A stretch of 64,000 nt of DNA from Escherichia coli (GTDB lineage: Bacteria > Pseudomonadota > Gammaproteobacteria > Enterobacterales > Enterobacteriaceae), in NCBI RefSeq assembly GCF_024298765.1, contig NZ_CP101210.1. One strand, given 5' to 3'. Position numbers and translations under genes: made by a program. The notes under the pieces are model-generated. The model did not search any database. It saw nothing but the letters and a program-made list of their open reading frames with translations, and was not told where the DNA came from. The first letter of the stretch is position 1. Each line of letters begins with the position of its first letter. This document shows positions 11,539 through 27,654 of this stretch, in pieces.

Positions 11539-11579
11539 ACTCGGCACTTGTTTGCCACATATTTTTAAAGGAAACAGAC

Positions 11580-12110
11580 ATGAGCTTACTCAACGTCCCT
11601 GCGGGTAAAGATCTGCCGGAAGACATCTACGTTGTTATTGAGATCCCGGCTAACGCAGATCCAATCAAATACGAAATCGACAAAGAGAGCGGCGCACTGT
11701 TCGTTGACCGCTTCATGTCCACCGCGATGTTCTATCCGTGCAACTACGGTTACATCAACCACACTCTGTCTCTGGACGGTGACCCGGTTGACGTACTGGT
11801 CCCGACTCCGTACCCGCTGCAGCCGGGTTCTGTGATCCGCTGCCGTCCGGTTGGCGTACTGAAAATGACCGACGAAGCCGGTGAAGATGCGAAACTGATT
11901 GCTGTTCCGCACACCAAGCTGAGCAAAGAATACGATCACATTAAAGACGTTAACGATCTGCCAGAGCTGCTGAAAGCGCAAATCGCTCACTTCTTCGAGC
12001 ACTACAAAGACCTCGAAAAAGGCAAGTGGGTTAAAGTTGAAGGTTGGGAAAACGCAGAAGCCGCTAAAGCTGAAATCGTTGCTTCCTTCGAGCGCGCCAA
12101 GAATAAATAA
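11580..12110 (+). CDS. ppa: Inorganic pyrophosphatase
   Basis: 176 aa ORF recognised as E. coli Ppa ([32 protein letters not shown]...). Confidence 0.95.
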   Translation: MSLLNVPAGKDLPEDIYVVIEIPANADPIKYEIDKESGALFVDRFMSTAMFYPCNYGYINHTLSLDGDPVDVLVPTPYPLQPGSVIRCRPVGVLKMTDEAGEDAKLIAVPHTKLSKEYDHIKDVNDLPELLKAQIAHFFEHYKDLEKGKWVKVEGWENAEAAKAEIVASFERAKNK

Positions 12111-12451
12111 GTTCTTCTGGCGCAATAACCCTGAACACCGGGCTTCGGTTAGTAAGGGTTTTTTTATGCCCGCAATTTATAAACTCTCTACTCCACTATT
12201 ATTATTTTCAGCAGTTGAAAGGCTTGAACGGTAAGAACAAGCTAAACTCGACCACCATTTTGCTGTTCATAGCCACTTGCTGGAAGTTAGCCGGCCTCAC
12301 TCATACTCACCGTTCAAAGCGTGTCCCCGTTTTACCCCTGTACATTTGTTAACGCCAGCAGAGTTTTTTATGCGATTGCAGATATGGAAAGCGGCCCGGA
12401 GAGAAAAGCAAAAGATGGGAAAGTTACAAAAAAAATCGCGAGATACATCGC

Positions 12452-12478
12452 ATAAAACAACGCCACCCGAAGGTGGCG
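12452..12478 (-). terminator. Rho-independent terminator downstream of ytfP (bidirectional in appearance)
   Basis: CGCCACC-CGAA-GGTGGCG hairpin flanked by T-rich sequence on both strands. Confidence 0.6.
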
Positions 12479-12489
12479 TGCTTTTATTA

Positions 12490-12831
12490 TTACTTATCCC
12501 TGTCTAACCAGTCGCCGCTTTCAATTAGCTTTAATCCATCGACGGGTCGTTGATAAACGTACATCCATGCACTCCCGTACGGCGTCTGAATCAACTGGCG
12601 CGCGTATTCACCGCCCCTGGTGCGCAAGGCATCAAGTTCGGCCAGCGTGGCGTTATCAATACGATAAACTTCACCGTGTACTGTTCCGTTCCCCGGAACT
12701 GCGCCTGGATAGTGGCCCAGGCTATACAACTGGTAGTTATCGATACTGAAATCGCCCAGTAACTGGGCATTGGTCATCCAGTGACTGTTGCCTTGTTTGT
12801 GGCGTAAACTGCCGTAGACAAATATTCGCAT
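12490..12831 (-). CDS. ytfP: Gamma-glutamylcyclotransferase-family protein
   Basis: 113 aa ORF immediately downstream of tamB. Confidence 0.88.
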   Translation of the reverse strand: MRIFVYGSLRHKQGNSHWMTNAQLLGDFSIDNYQLYSLGHYPGAVPGNGTVHGEVYRIDNATLAELDALRTRGGEYARQLIQTPYGSAWMYVYQRPVDGLKLIESGDWLDRDK

Positions 12832-12833
12832 TG

Positions 12834-18385
<5,552 letters not shown>

Positions 18386-18548
18386 TTAAACGGCTTAACA
18401 AAAATCCAGTAATATGGATTAAAAAGCAGACTAAACCCAAAATATTTCTTATGTTTTACTTTAGACCTATTCACGGTGGTTATTGTGTGCAAATACGCCT
18501 CTTGTTACAACCTTAACCCCAATGACCGATTTTCGGGAGAGCGACACC

Positions 18549-19187
18549 ATGAGTTTATTTGATAAAAAGCATCTGGTTTCCCCCGCCGATGCCCTGCCTG
18601 GACGTAACACCCCGATGCCCGTAGCCACACTGCATGCGGTCAACGGTCACTCAATGACCAATGTACCTGACGGAATGGAGATTGCCATTTTTGCGATGGG
18701 TTGTTTCTGGGGTGTGGAGCGTCTGTTCTGGCAGTTACCCGGCGTTTACAGCACCGCCGCAGGCTATACCGGCGGCTATACGCCAAATCCGACTTATCGG
18801 GAAGTGTGCTCCGGCGATACTGGCCATGCCGAAGCGGTGCGCATTGTTTACGATCCATCCGTCATCAGCTATGAGCAGTTGCTACAAGTATTTTGGGAGA
18901 ATCACGATCCCGCCCAGGGAATGCGTCAGGGCAATGACCACGGCACGCAGTATCGTTCAGCGATTTATCCGCTGACCCCAGAACAGGATGCCGCCGCTCG
19001 CGCCAGTCTGGAACGTTTTCAGGCGGCGATGCTTGCCGCCGATGACGATCGTCGCATCACCACGGAAATCGCTAACGCCACACCGTTTTATTATGCCGAA
19101 GATGACCACCAGCAATATCTGCATAAAAACCCGTATGGTTACTGTGGAATTGGCGGAATTGGCGTCTGTCTGCCGCCGGAAGCATAG
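18549..19187 (+). CDS. msrA: Peptide methionine sulfoxide reductase A
   Basis: Start taken at [10 protein letters not shown] (212 aa); contains GCFWG active-site motif. Confidence 0.92.
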   Translation: MSLFDKKHLVSPADALPGRNTPMPVATLHAVNGHSMTNVPDGMEIAIFAMGCFWGVERLFWQLPGVYSTAAGYTGGYTPNPTYREVCSGDTGHAEAVRIVYDPSVISYEQLLQVFWENHDPAQGMRQGNDHGTQYRSAIYPLTPEQDAAARASLERFQAAMLAADDDRRITTEIANATPFYYAEDDHQQYLHKNPYGYCGIGGIGVCLPPEA

Positions 19188-19232
19188 CGTTACGGGTACA
19201 AATGTAGATTGTTGATAAAGTGCATTTTGTTT

Positions 19233-19335
19233 ATGCCGGATACGGCGTAAACGCCTTGCCCGGCCTACAAAATCGTCCAAATTCAATATATTGCGGGGAC
19301 TGCGTAGGCCTGTTCGGCATAGCGCATCAGGCAGT
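19233..19335. repeat. REP cluster
   Basis: GCCGGATACGGCGTAAACGCCTTGCCCGGCCTACA and GTAGGCCTG...CATCAGGC palindromic units. Confidence 0.75.
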
Positions 19336-19509
19336 TTTTCATTTTTCAGCTGTCTGAATTTTAACCCTCTGGCGGCTTTACAGTACCTTACGCTATACTA
19401 GCCACTGAAAATGCCGGTTCACTTTCTTCGAATCGGCTTTCAATGTGTATTTCACACAAATTAATCAACTTCCCCTTCCGAGGATCTGGCCTGAAAGGTC
19501 GGATAAGAT

Positions 19510-20853
19510 ATGTTAAACAGTATTTTAGTCATACTCTGTTTGATCGCTGTAAGTGCGTTCTTCTCGATGTCCGAGATCTCGCTTGCCGCCTCACGCAAAA
19601 TCAAACTTAAACTGCTGGCTGATGAAGGCAATATAAATGCCCAACGCGTTCTGAATATGCAGGAAAATCCCGGCATGTTCTTTACCGTGGTCCAGATCGG
19701 TCTGAACGCAGTGGCGATTCTCGGCGGTATCGTCGGTGATGCGGCATTTTCTCCAGCTTTTCACAGCCTGTTCTCCCGCTATATGTCGGCAGAACTCTCT
19801 GAGCAACTGAGCTTTATTCTCTCTTTCTCGTTAGTGACTGGCATGTTTATCCTGTTTGCGGATTTAACCCCGAAACGCATCGGTATGATTGCGCCAGAAG
19901 CTGTGGCTTTGCGTATCATCAACCCGATGCGCTTCTGCCTGTACGTTTGCACCCCGCTGGTGTGGTTCTTCAACGGACTGGCGAACATAATCTTCCGTAT
20001 TTTCAAACTGCCAATGGTACGTAAAGATGACATCACTTCTGATGATATCTACGCGGTAGTGGAAGCCGGTGCGCTGGCGGGCGTGTTACGTAAACAGGAA
20101 CACGAGCTGATTGAAAACGTCTTTGAGCTGGAATCCCGTACCGTTCCGTCTTCAATGACACCGCGTGAAAACGTGATTTGGTTTGATCTCCACGAAGATG
20201 AGCAAAGTCTGAAGAATAAGGTGGCGGAACATCCGCACTCTAAGTTTCTCGTCTGTAATGAAGATATTGACCACATCATCGGCTATGTCGATTCTAAAGA
20301 CCTGCTGAACCGCGTGCTGGCTAACCAAAGCCTGGCACTGAACAGCGGCGTACAAATTCGCAATACGCTGATTGTGCCGGATACGTTAACCCTTTCAGAG
20401 GCGTTGGAAAGTTTTAAAACCGCAGGTGAAGACTTCGCGGTGATCATGAACGAGTACGCACTGGTAGTGGGGATCATCACCCTCAACGACGTGATGACCA
20501 CGCTGATGGGCGATCTGGTCGGTCAGGGGCTGGAAGAGCAGATTGTCGCCCGTGATGAGAACTCATGGCTGATAGACGGCGGCACGCCTATTGACGACGT
20601 CATGCGCGTGCTGGATATTGACGAGTTCCCGCAGTCGGGCAACTACGAAACCATCGGCGGCTTTATGATGTTTATGCTGCGTAAGATCCCGAAACGCACC
20701 GATTCGGTGAAATTCGCCGGCTACAAATTTGAAGTGGTGGATATCGATAACTACCGCATCGACCAGCTGCTGGTGACCCGAATCGACAGCAAAGCCACCG
20801 CCCTTTCGCCAAAACTGCCTGACGCTAAAGATAAAGAAGAAAGCGTCGCGTAA
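19510..20853 (+). CDS. ytfL: Inner-membrane CNNM/HlyC-CorC family protein with CBS domains (polyamine exporter PaeA)
   Basis: 447 aa ORF with N-terminal TM region. Confidence 0.9.
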   Translation: MLNSILVILCLIAVSAFFSMSEISLAASRKIKLKLLADEGNINAQRVLNMQENPGMFFTVVQIGLNAVAILGGIVGDAAFSPAFHSLFSRYMSAELSEQLSFILSFSLVTGMFILFADLTPKRIGMIAPEAVALRIINPMRFCLYVCTPLVWFFNGLANIIFRIFKLPMVRKDDITSDDIYAVVEAGALAGVLRKQEHELIENVFELESRTVPSSMTPRENVIWFDLHEDEQSLKNKVAEHPHSKFLVCNEDIDHIIGYVDSKDLLNRVLANQSLALNSGVQIRNTLIVPDTLTLSEALESFKTAGEDFAVIMNEYALVVGIITLNDVMTTLMGDLVGQGLEEQIVARDENSWLIDGGTPIDDVMRVLDIDEFPQSGNYETIGGFMMFMLRKIPKRTDSVKFAGYKFEVVDIDNYRIDQLLVTRIDSKATALSPKLPDAKDKEESVA

Positions 20854-20868
20854 CCCCAGAAACATCAA

Positions 20869-20896
20869 CGGCTCCTGAATCAGGAGCCGTCTTATT
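20869..20896 (+). terminator. Rho-independent terminator after ytfL
   Basis: CGGCTCCTG-AAT-CAGGAGCCG hairpin followed by T-rich tract. Confidence 0.6.
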
Positions 20897-20930
20897 ACTG
20901 CATAGCACTTTTTACTGCATAGCACTTTGG

Positions 20931-21137
20931 TTAAGCCATCTCTGTTTGCAGACGCATAACCTGACGGTTAACTTCGGACATCACTGACAAATGCAGCTTA
21001 TCCTTCACTTTTGGGATAAGAATCTTACCCTTATCAAATTCAAAAGCGCCAACGTCCTTGATGTATAACCGTCCACGGAACAGGATCTTTACGTACTTCG
21101 CCACCTGAAGTGGGTTGTACCGTTGGAAAATTTTCAT
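20931..21137 (-). CDS. ytfK: Small DUF1107 protein YtfK
   Basis: 68 aa from [15 protein letters not shown]...; ORF track extends 22 codons upstream. Confidence 0.85.
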
Positions 21138-21461
21138 TGTTATCTCCTGCTGAGTATTACGCCTTTGCGGTGCCACAATCGGCCCAACTATTATGAGGCG
21201 CAAATTTTAATGCCTAGTGACTATAGACTATCCGGGCAATGTTTCCACCGCGTATAACTTTTTTTACCTAAAGGTTACAATTATTCAGAATTATCTTTTT
21301 ACCGAAGCGCGGTCTTCAGTATAAGCATTCATTTTTCATATGATTTGTGCGCTTGACCGCAAACTGGCATCACACTTGCGGGAAATTCGATAAATAGCAC
21401 ATATGATTAAAACTCAGACCCAAGTGGTCGGATCACCTGCATATCATAAGAAGGAAACACC

Positions 21462-22016
21462 ATGACCCTACGCAAGATTCTGGCACTCACCTGCCTGCTG
21501 TTGCCGATGATGGCTTCCGCACATCAGTTCGAAACCGGTCAGCGAGTGCCGCCGATTGGCATCACCGATCGTGGCGAGTTGGTGCTTGATAAAGATCAGT
21601 TTAGCTACAAAACCTGGAACAGCGCGCAGTTAGTGGGAAAAGTGCGAGTACTGCAACATATTGCTGGTCGCACCTCTGCAAAAGAGAAAAACGCGACGCT
21701 GATTGAAGCGATTAAATCAGCGAAGTTACCGCACGATCGTTACCAGACCACCACCATTGTTAACACCGACGACGCGATTCCGGGTTCCGGCATGTTTGTG
21801 CGCAGCAGTCTGGAGAGTAATAAAAAGCTTTATCCCTGGTCGCAGTTTATTGTCGATAGCAATGGCGTCGCGCGCGGTGCCTGGCAGCTGGATGAAGAAA
21901 GTTCCGCTGTAGTGGTGCTGGATAAAGACGGTCGCGTGCAATGGGCCAAAGACGGGGCACTCACACAGGAAGAGGTGCAGCAAGTGATGGACCTGCTGCA
22001 AAAGTTGCTCAAATAA
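21462..22016 (+). CDS. ytfJ: Periplasmic protein YtfJ
   Basis: 184 aa ORF with signal peptide MTLRKILALTCLLLPMMASA. Confidence 0.9.
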   Translation: MTLRKILALTCLLLPMMASAHQFETGQRVPPIGITDRGELVLDKDQFSYKTWNSAQLVGKVRVLQHIAGRTSAKEKNATLIEAIKSAKLPHDRYQTTTIVNTDDAIPGSGMFVRSSLESNKKLYPWSQFIVDSNGVARGAWQLDEESSAVVVLDKDGRVQWAKDGALTQEEVQQVMDLLQKLLK

Positions 22017-22037
22017 TGGCAATAACATAAATTCTGC

Positions 22038-22069
22038 AAAAATAATTTTCCCCTATCGTTATCTATGGG
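22038..22069. terminator. Hairpin between convergent ytfJ and ytfI
   Basis: TTCCCCTATC-gttatctatg-GATAGGGGAA inverted repeat. Confidence 0.45.
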
Positions 22070-22105
22070 ATAGGGGAATTAAGCCTCTGAGTTCTTACGC
22101 CGAAC

Positions 22106-22861
22106 TCATACTGGTAACGCTAGTTGCTTTTTTTTAAACGCCTCAATGGTTGATTTATATTTCTCGCAAATCTCCTCTTCGGTAATATCACTATCTACGG
22201 CCAGATTCGCACTTACTATCGCATCCACTTGTTCGGCTAATTCCACTTGTTGGCAACCTGCATTAACCAGAAAATTATAAATAAGAGAGTAATCTTCATC
22301 CTCCAAAACAACAGAGGAACCATTACGAAAACGTTCATCCCCTCCATAGATTTTAAGCGCAAAGCCCAAAGATTCTATGACTATGGCAAAATTATCATCA
22401 ATTATTTTTTCGTAAATATACCATCCATCGCATTCTTTAATTCCACCTCCTGGTATTTGGAGGTCAAATTTACCCCGTTTTAATTTACTTACTATATCAT
22501 CCAATACAGCATAACCTAAAGACACGTCACCAAACGCCTGGCGAATATAACCTTTAATCCTTTCCGGTATGTCAGACTGTTTTTTCTGCAGAATATCCCA
22601 GGCATACAATCTTCTGTTTTGTTCTAACGGAAACTCGCGGTTTTTGAAATCCATGAATGAGTTATACTCATTTATTGTTATGGGAATTTCTTCGTATTCA
22701 AATCCACTGCCTCGCAATGTCATTATATATTCGGCACCGTTATCTTTAAGGCTGAAACTGATAAGAAACTTATCCATGGCGTTAACAGTTTCATTTTTTG
22801 ATGAAAGTACCTGATAACTATTTTTATCAATCTGAGTTGCGCAACGAAAGAACTCCCTCAA
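22106..22861 (-). CDS. ytfI: Uncharacterised protein YtfI (AT-rich gene; 5' region apparently frameshifted, see findings)
   Basis: 251 aa ORF from a TTG start; reading frame stays open 43 codons further upstream and an ATG-initiated ORF in another frame precedes it. Confidence 0.7.
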   Translation of the reverse strand: MREFFRCATQIDKNSYQVLSSKNETVNAMDKFLISFSLKDNGAEYIMTLRGSGFEYEEIPITINEYNSFMDFKNREFPLEQNRRLYAWDILQKKQSDIPERIKGYIRQAFGDVSLGYAVLDDIVSKLKRGKFDLQIPGGGIKECDGWYIYEKIIDDNFAIVIESLGFALKIYGGDERFRNGSSVVLEDEDYSLIYNFLVNAGCQQVELAEQVDAIVSANLAVDSDITEEEICEKYKSTIEAFKKKQLALPV

Positions 22862-23227
22862 AGTTAACAGGCTATCATAATTTGAAGTCCAATCTTTTTT
22901 ATTAAATGCATGCTGGATATTGTTAAAAAATTGTTTGAATGTGTTTTTGTATGCGATGATTTTACGAATAACTCCACCGCACCAATAAAATTATTGTGTC
23001 TGATCCTGGGTAACATATGGCTACCTTATTTTATTTGGTTATTTTATGTCGCCATTAAATATCTCATTATAGAAGTAAACTATCAAAAAACGCTCATTAT
23101 TAAAATATAACTTATTAGTAATTGAATTTTTGCACTTTAAATACAATCTCTTTTTATTTATAACTTTTTAGGTTGGGAGAAATCAGGATGGCAGAATCAG
23201 GAAATACACTGTTTCTGCCATCTGAAT

Positions 23228-23968
23228 TTAGTAAATAGACACTCTGAACCCCGGATTCAGGAACGACTCGCGCGGAGTGTAATCCAGCGGTTTACCCTGC
23301 CAGTCGTGAACGTGCGCTCCGGCAGCTGCGGCCACAGCATGTCCAGCGGCGGTGTCCCAAATATTCGTTGGTCCGAAGCGCGGGTACAGCTGCGCCTGCC
23401 CTTCCGCCACAAGGCAGAATTTCAGCGAAGAGCCGATGGACGTGGTCTGATGTTCGCCAAGCTGTTGCAGATACTCTTTCAGCTCCGCATCTGCATGGGA
23501 TCGGCTAATAACGACCAGTGGCGGGCGCGCATCACGGACCTGAATCTGCTTGCGCACGCCGCACTCTTCTTTCCACGCTTTGCCTTCTGCCGCGCTGTAC
23601 ATTACGTTCATTACCGGCGCATACACCACGCCTATAATCGGTTTGCCGTGGTCGATGAGCGCAATGTTAACGGTGAATTCGCCATTGCGTTTAATAAACT
23701 CTTTAGTACCATCCAGCGGGTCTACCAGCCAGTAACGCTGCCAGTGCTGACGGACTTCCCAACCGGGAGGATCTTCTTCAGAAAGGACCGGAATATCCGG
23801 TGTCAGCGTACGTAAACCGTCCATGATAACGGTGTGTGCGGCAATATCCGCTGCCGTTACCGGAGAATTGTCCGCTTTGCTGACGACGTCCATCGGTTTC
23901 GTCCCGTCGTAGACCTGCATAATGGCATCGCCTGCATTCCGTGCAAGCTGGCATACTTGATCTAACAT
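23228..23968 (-). CDS. cysQ: 3'(2'),5'-bisphosphate nucleotidase
   Basis: 246 aa ORF, inositol monophosphatase family motifs (WLVDPLDGT). Confidence 0.92.
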   Translation of the reverse strand: MLDQVCQLARNAGDAIMQVYDGTKPMDVVSKADNSPVTAADIAAHTVIMDGLRTLTPDIPVLSEEDPPGWEVRQHWQRYWLVDPLDGTKEFIKRNGEFTVNIALIDHGKPIIGVVYAPVMNVMYSAAEGKAWKEECGVRKQIQVRDARPPLVVISRSHADAELKEYLQQLGEHQTTSIGSSLKFCLVAEGQAQLYPRFGPTNIWDTAAGHAVAAAAGAHVHDWQGKPLDYTPRESFLNPGFRVSIY

Positions 23969-24157
23969 TTCTCCACCTCGTCTCTGTGAGCGGTGTTAAC
24001 TTATTGTTTTACTTATACCCTATCGTTAATGAATGCGCCAACTGTGATAGTGTCATCATTTTCAAAGCGTAAAATTGTGGCATTCTTCACTGTTCTATAA
24101 GTAAGACGTTTATTCTCCCTTTTCTTTCGTATTCCCGATGATAAAAGGATGTCCCTG

Positions 24158-26101
24158 ATGATTAAGTTTAGCGCAACGCTCCTGGCCACGCTGATTGCCG
24201 CCAGTGTGAATGCAGCGACGGTCGATCTGCGTATCATGGAAACCACTGATCTGCATAGCAACATGATGGATTTCGATTATTACAAAGACACCGCCACGGA
24301 AAAATTCGGACTGGTACGTACGGCAAGCCTGATTAACGATGCCCGCAATGAAGTGAAAAACAGCGTACTGGTCGATAACGGCGATTTGATTCAGGGGAGT
24401 CCGCTGGCAGATTACATGTCGGCGAAAGGATTAAAAGCAGGTGATATTCACCCAGTGTATAAGGCATTAAATACGCTGGACTATACCGTCGGCACGCTTG
24501 GCAACCATGAGTTTAACTACGGTCTGGATTACCTGAAAAATGCGCTGGCGGGAGCGAAATTCCCTTATGTAAATGCCAACGTCATTGACGCCAGAACCAA
24601 ACAGCCAATGTTTACACCGTATTTAATTAAAGACACCGAAGTGGTCGATAAAGACGGAAAAAAACAGACGCTGAAGATTGGCTATATTGGCGTCGTACCG
24701 CCGCAAATCATGGGCTGGGATAAAGCTAATTTATCCGGGAAAGTGACGGTGAATGATATTACCGAAACCGTGCGCAAATACGTGCCTGAAATGCGCGAGA
24801 AAGGTGCCGATGTCGTTGTCGTTCTGGCACATTCCGGGCTGTCTGCCGATCCGTATAAAGTGATGGCGGAAAACTCAGTTTATTACCTCAGTGAAATTCC
24901 GGGCGTTAACGCCATTATGTTTGGCCATGCTCACGCCGTTTTCCCAGGTAAAGATTTTGCTGATATCGAAGGAGCTGATATCGCGAAAGGCACGCTGAAT
25001 GGTGTTCCGGCGGTAATGCCAGGCATGTGGGGCGATCATCTTGGTGTGGTCGACTTACAACTCAGTAATGACAGCGGTAAATGGCAGGTAACACAGGCGA
25101 AAGCGGAAGCACGACCGATTTACGACATCGCTAATAAAAAATCCCTCGCGGCGGAAGACAGCAAGCTGGTAGAAACACTCAAAGCCGATCACGATGCCAC
25201 ACGCCAGTTCGTCAGCAAGCCAATCGGTAAATCTGCCGACAATATGTATAGCTATCTGGCACTGGTGCAGGACGATCCGACCGTGCAGGTGGTGAACAAC
25301 GCGCAAAAAGCGTATGTCGAGCATTACATTCAGGGCGATCCGGATCTGGCAAAACTGCCAGTGCTTTCAGCTGCCGCACCGTTTAAAGTTGGTGGTCGCA
25401 AAAATGACCCGGCAAGCTATGTGGAGGTGGAAAAAGGTCAGTTGACCTTCCGTAATGCCGCCGATCTTTATCTCTATCCCAATACGCTGATTGTGGTGAA
25501 AGCCAGCGGTAAAGAGGTGAAAGAGTGGCTGGAGTGCTCCGCCGGACAGTTTAACCAGATTGATCCTAACAGCACGAAACCACAGTCACTCATCAACTGG
25601 GATGGTTTCCGCACCTATAACTTTGATGTGATTGATGGTGTGAATTATCAGATTGATGTTACCCAGCCTGCCCGTTATGACGGCGAGTGCCAGATGGTTA
25701 ATGCCAATGCGGAAAGGATTAAGAACCTGACCTTTAATGGCAAGCCAATTGATCCGAACGCCATGTTCCTCGTTGCCACCAATAACTATCGCGCTTACGG
25801 CGGCAAATTTGCCGGTACGGGCGACAGCCATATCGCTTTTGCTTCACCGGATGAGAACCGCTCGGTGCTGGCAGCGTGGATTGCTGATGAGTCGAAACGT
25901 GCGGGGGAAATTCACCCGGCGGCAGATAACAACTGGCGTTTAGCACCAATAGCTGGCGATAAGAAACTGGATATCCGTTTCGAAACCTCTCCATCAGATA
26001 AAGCCGCGGCGTTTATTAAAGAGAAAGGGCAATATCCGATGAATAAAGTCGCGACCGATGATATCGGGTTTGCGATTTATCAGGTGGATTTGAGTAAGTA
26101 A
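24158..26101 (+). CDS. cpdB: 2',3'-cyclic-nucleotide 2'-phosphodiesterase / 3'-nucleotidase (periplasmic)
   Basis: Start at [19 protein letters not shown] (signal peptide), 647 aa; metallophosphatase plus 5'-nucleotidase C-terminal region. Confidence 0.92.
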   Translation: MIKFSATLLATLIAASVNAATVDLRIMETTDLHSNMMDFDYYKDTATEKFGLVRTASLINDARNEVKNSVLVDNGDLIQGSPLADYMSAKGLKAGDIHPVYKALNTLDYTVGTLGNHEFNYGLDYLKNALAGAKFPYVNANVIDARTKQPMFTPYLIKDTEVVDKDGKKQTLKIGYIGVVPPQIMGWDKANLSGKVTVNDITETVRKYVPEMREKGADVVVVLAHSGLSADPYKVMAENSVYYLSEIPGVNAIMFGHAHAVFPGKDFADIEGADIAKGTLNGVPAVMPGMWGDHLGVVDLQLSNDSGKWQVTQAKAEARPIYDIANKKSLAAEDSKLVETLKADHDATRQFVSKPIGKSADNMYSYLALVQDDPTVQVVNNAQKAYVEHYIQGDPDLAKLPVLSAAAPFKVGGRKNDPASYVEVEKGQLTFRNAADLYLYPNTLIVVKASGKEVKEWLECSAGQFNQIDPNSTKPQSLINWDGFRTYNFDVIDGVNYQIDVTQPARYDGECQMVNANAERIKNLTFNGKPIDPNAMFLVATNNYRAYGGKFAGTGDSHIAFASPDENRSVLAAWIADESKRAGEIHPAADNNWRLAPIAGDKKLDIRFETSPSDKAAAFIKEKGQYPMNKVATDDIGFAIYQVDLSK

Positions 26102-26113
26102 TACACTTCTTTT

Positions 26114-26212
26114 TCGGCCTACAAATCATCAACCGCATCCGACACTTTTGTCGGATGCGATGCTGGCGCATCTTATCCGTCCTACAAGTCATACACCGTA
26201 GGCCGCGCATCC
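26114..26212. repeat. REP-like palindromic units
   Basis: CGGATGCG...CGCATCCGAC-type inverted repeats between cpdB and ytfH. Confidence 0.6.
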
Positions 26213-26217
26213 TGCAG

Positions 26218-26598
26218 TTACGCCGCACGTTCATCCCGCACCGCCAACACCTCGGGCAAATTCAACTCAATCCAGTCCGCCAGTGCAGCAACCTTTTCGC
26301 TCACCTGCTCGCCCAGCGGCGTGAGGCTATATTCCACATGCGGCGGCACCACCGGATACGCGATACGGTTAAGAAAACCATCCTGCTCTAGCGCCTGTAA
26401 CGACTGCGCAAGCATCTTTTCACTCACCCCGCCCATTTTGCGCCGCAGGTCGCTAAAGCGATGAGTACCTTCGCGTAGCGCCACCAGAATCAACACCCCC
26501 CAACGGCTGGTGACGTGTTTCAAAACCTCGCGCGACGGACACTGTTCAGCGAAGAGATTTCCCTCTTTCAGTTGTTGCGACAGGCTAACCTGACTCAT
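26218..26598 (-). CDS. ytfH: HxlR-family transcriptional regulator
   Basis: Start at MSQVSLSQQLKEG (126 aa); divergent from ytfG. Confidence 0.88.
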   Translation of the reverse strand: MSQVSLSQQLKEGNLFAEQCPSREVLKHVTSRWGVLILVALREGTHRFSDLRRKMGGVSEKMLAQSLQALEQDGFLNRIAYPVVPPHVEYSLTPLGEQVSEKVAALADWIELNLPEVLAVRDERAA

Positions 26599-26686
26599 CT
26601 CATACTTACCTTTTTGTACGTACTTACTAAAAGTAAGTTTAGGTGTTAGCGTATTTAAACACAAGACAAAACGATGGAGACTTCCT

Positions 26687-27547
26687 ATGATCGCAATTAC
26701 TGGTGCCACTGGCCAACTTGGTCACTATGTTATTGAATCCTTGATGAAAACGGTTCCTGCCAGCCAAATAGTGGCTATCGTTCGTAATCCGGCAAAAGCC
26801 CAGGCACTGACAGCACAAGGCATTACCGTGCGTCAGGCTGACTACGGCGATGAAGCCGCACTGACATCTGCACTTCAGGGAGTGGAAAAACTACTGCTGA
26901 TCTCTTCCAGCGAAGTGGGTCAACGTGCCCCGCAGCATCGTAATGTTATTAATGCCGCAAAGGCGGCTGGTGTGAAATTTATCGCTTATACCAGTCTGCT
27001 TCACGCGGATAAATCTCCGCTCGGCCTCGCCGATGAGCACATTGAGACGGAGAAAATGTTGGCTGATTCTAGCATCGTTTACACCCTGCTGCGCAACGGC
27101 TGGTACAGCGAAAACTACCTCGCCAGCGCCCCGGCAGCACTGGAACACGGCGTATTTATCGGTGCGGCGGGCGATGGCAAAATCGCCTCAGCAACGCGGG
27201 CAGATTATGCGGCAGCTGCGGCACGCGTGATTAGCGAAGCCGGTCACGAAGGCAAGGTTTACGAACTGGCGGGCGATAGTGCCTGGACGCTGACACAGTT
27301 AGCGGCAGAACTCACCAAACAGAGCGGCAAACAGGTTACCTATCAAAACCTGAGCGAAGCTGATTTCGCTGCGGCACTGAAAAGCGTCGGACTGCCTGAT
27401 GGACTGGCGGATATGCTGGCGGATTCTGACGTTGGCGCATCGAAAGGCGGTCTGTTTGATGACAGCAAAACGCTTAGCAAATTGATTGGCCGCCCAACGA
27501 CAACGTTAGCCGAAAGCGTAAGCCATCTTTTTAATGTTAATAACTAG
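26687..27547 (+). CDS. ytfG: NAD(P)H:quinone oxidoreductase (NmrA-like)
   Basis: 286 aa ORF with N-terminal Rossmann motif ITGATGQLG. Confidence 0.9.
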   Translation: MIAITGATGQLGHYVIESLMKTVPASQIVAIVRNPAKAQALTAQGITVRQADYGDEAALTSALQGVEKLLLISSSEVGQRAPQHRNVINAAKAAGVKFIAYTSLLHADKSPLGLADEHIETEKMLADSSIVYTLLRNGWYSENYLASAPAALEHGVFIGAAGDGKIASATRADYAAAAARVISEAGHEGKVYELAGDSAWTLTQLAAELTKQSGKQVTYQNLSEADFAAALKSVGLPDGLADMLADSDVGASKGGLFDDSKTLSKLIGRPTTTLAESVSHLFNVNN

Positions 27548-27654
27548 TTAATTAAAGTGGCATCCTCCCGCATCCTCTCTGATAATGACGGGATGCCGGG
27601 AGCAATCATGTCTGCTTCCTGAACTTTCTTCTGACAGACCAATGGATGCCAGTA

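Noticed and set aside
12277-12507. 76-aa ORF in the ppa-ytfP spacer
   Set aside because: No RBS, overlaps the ytfP terminator hairpin, and the translation is low-complexity; more likely non-coding spacer than a toxin-antitoxin remnant.
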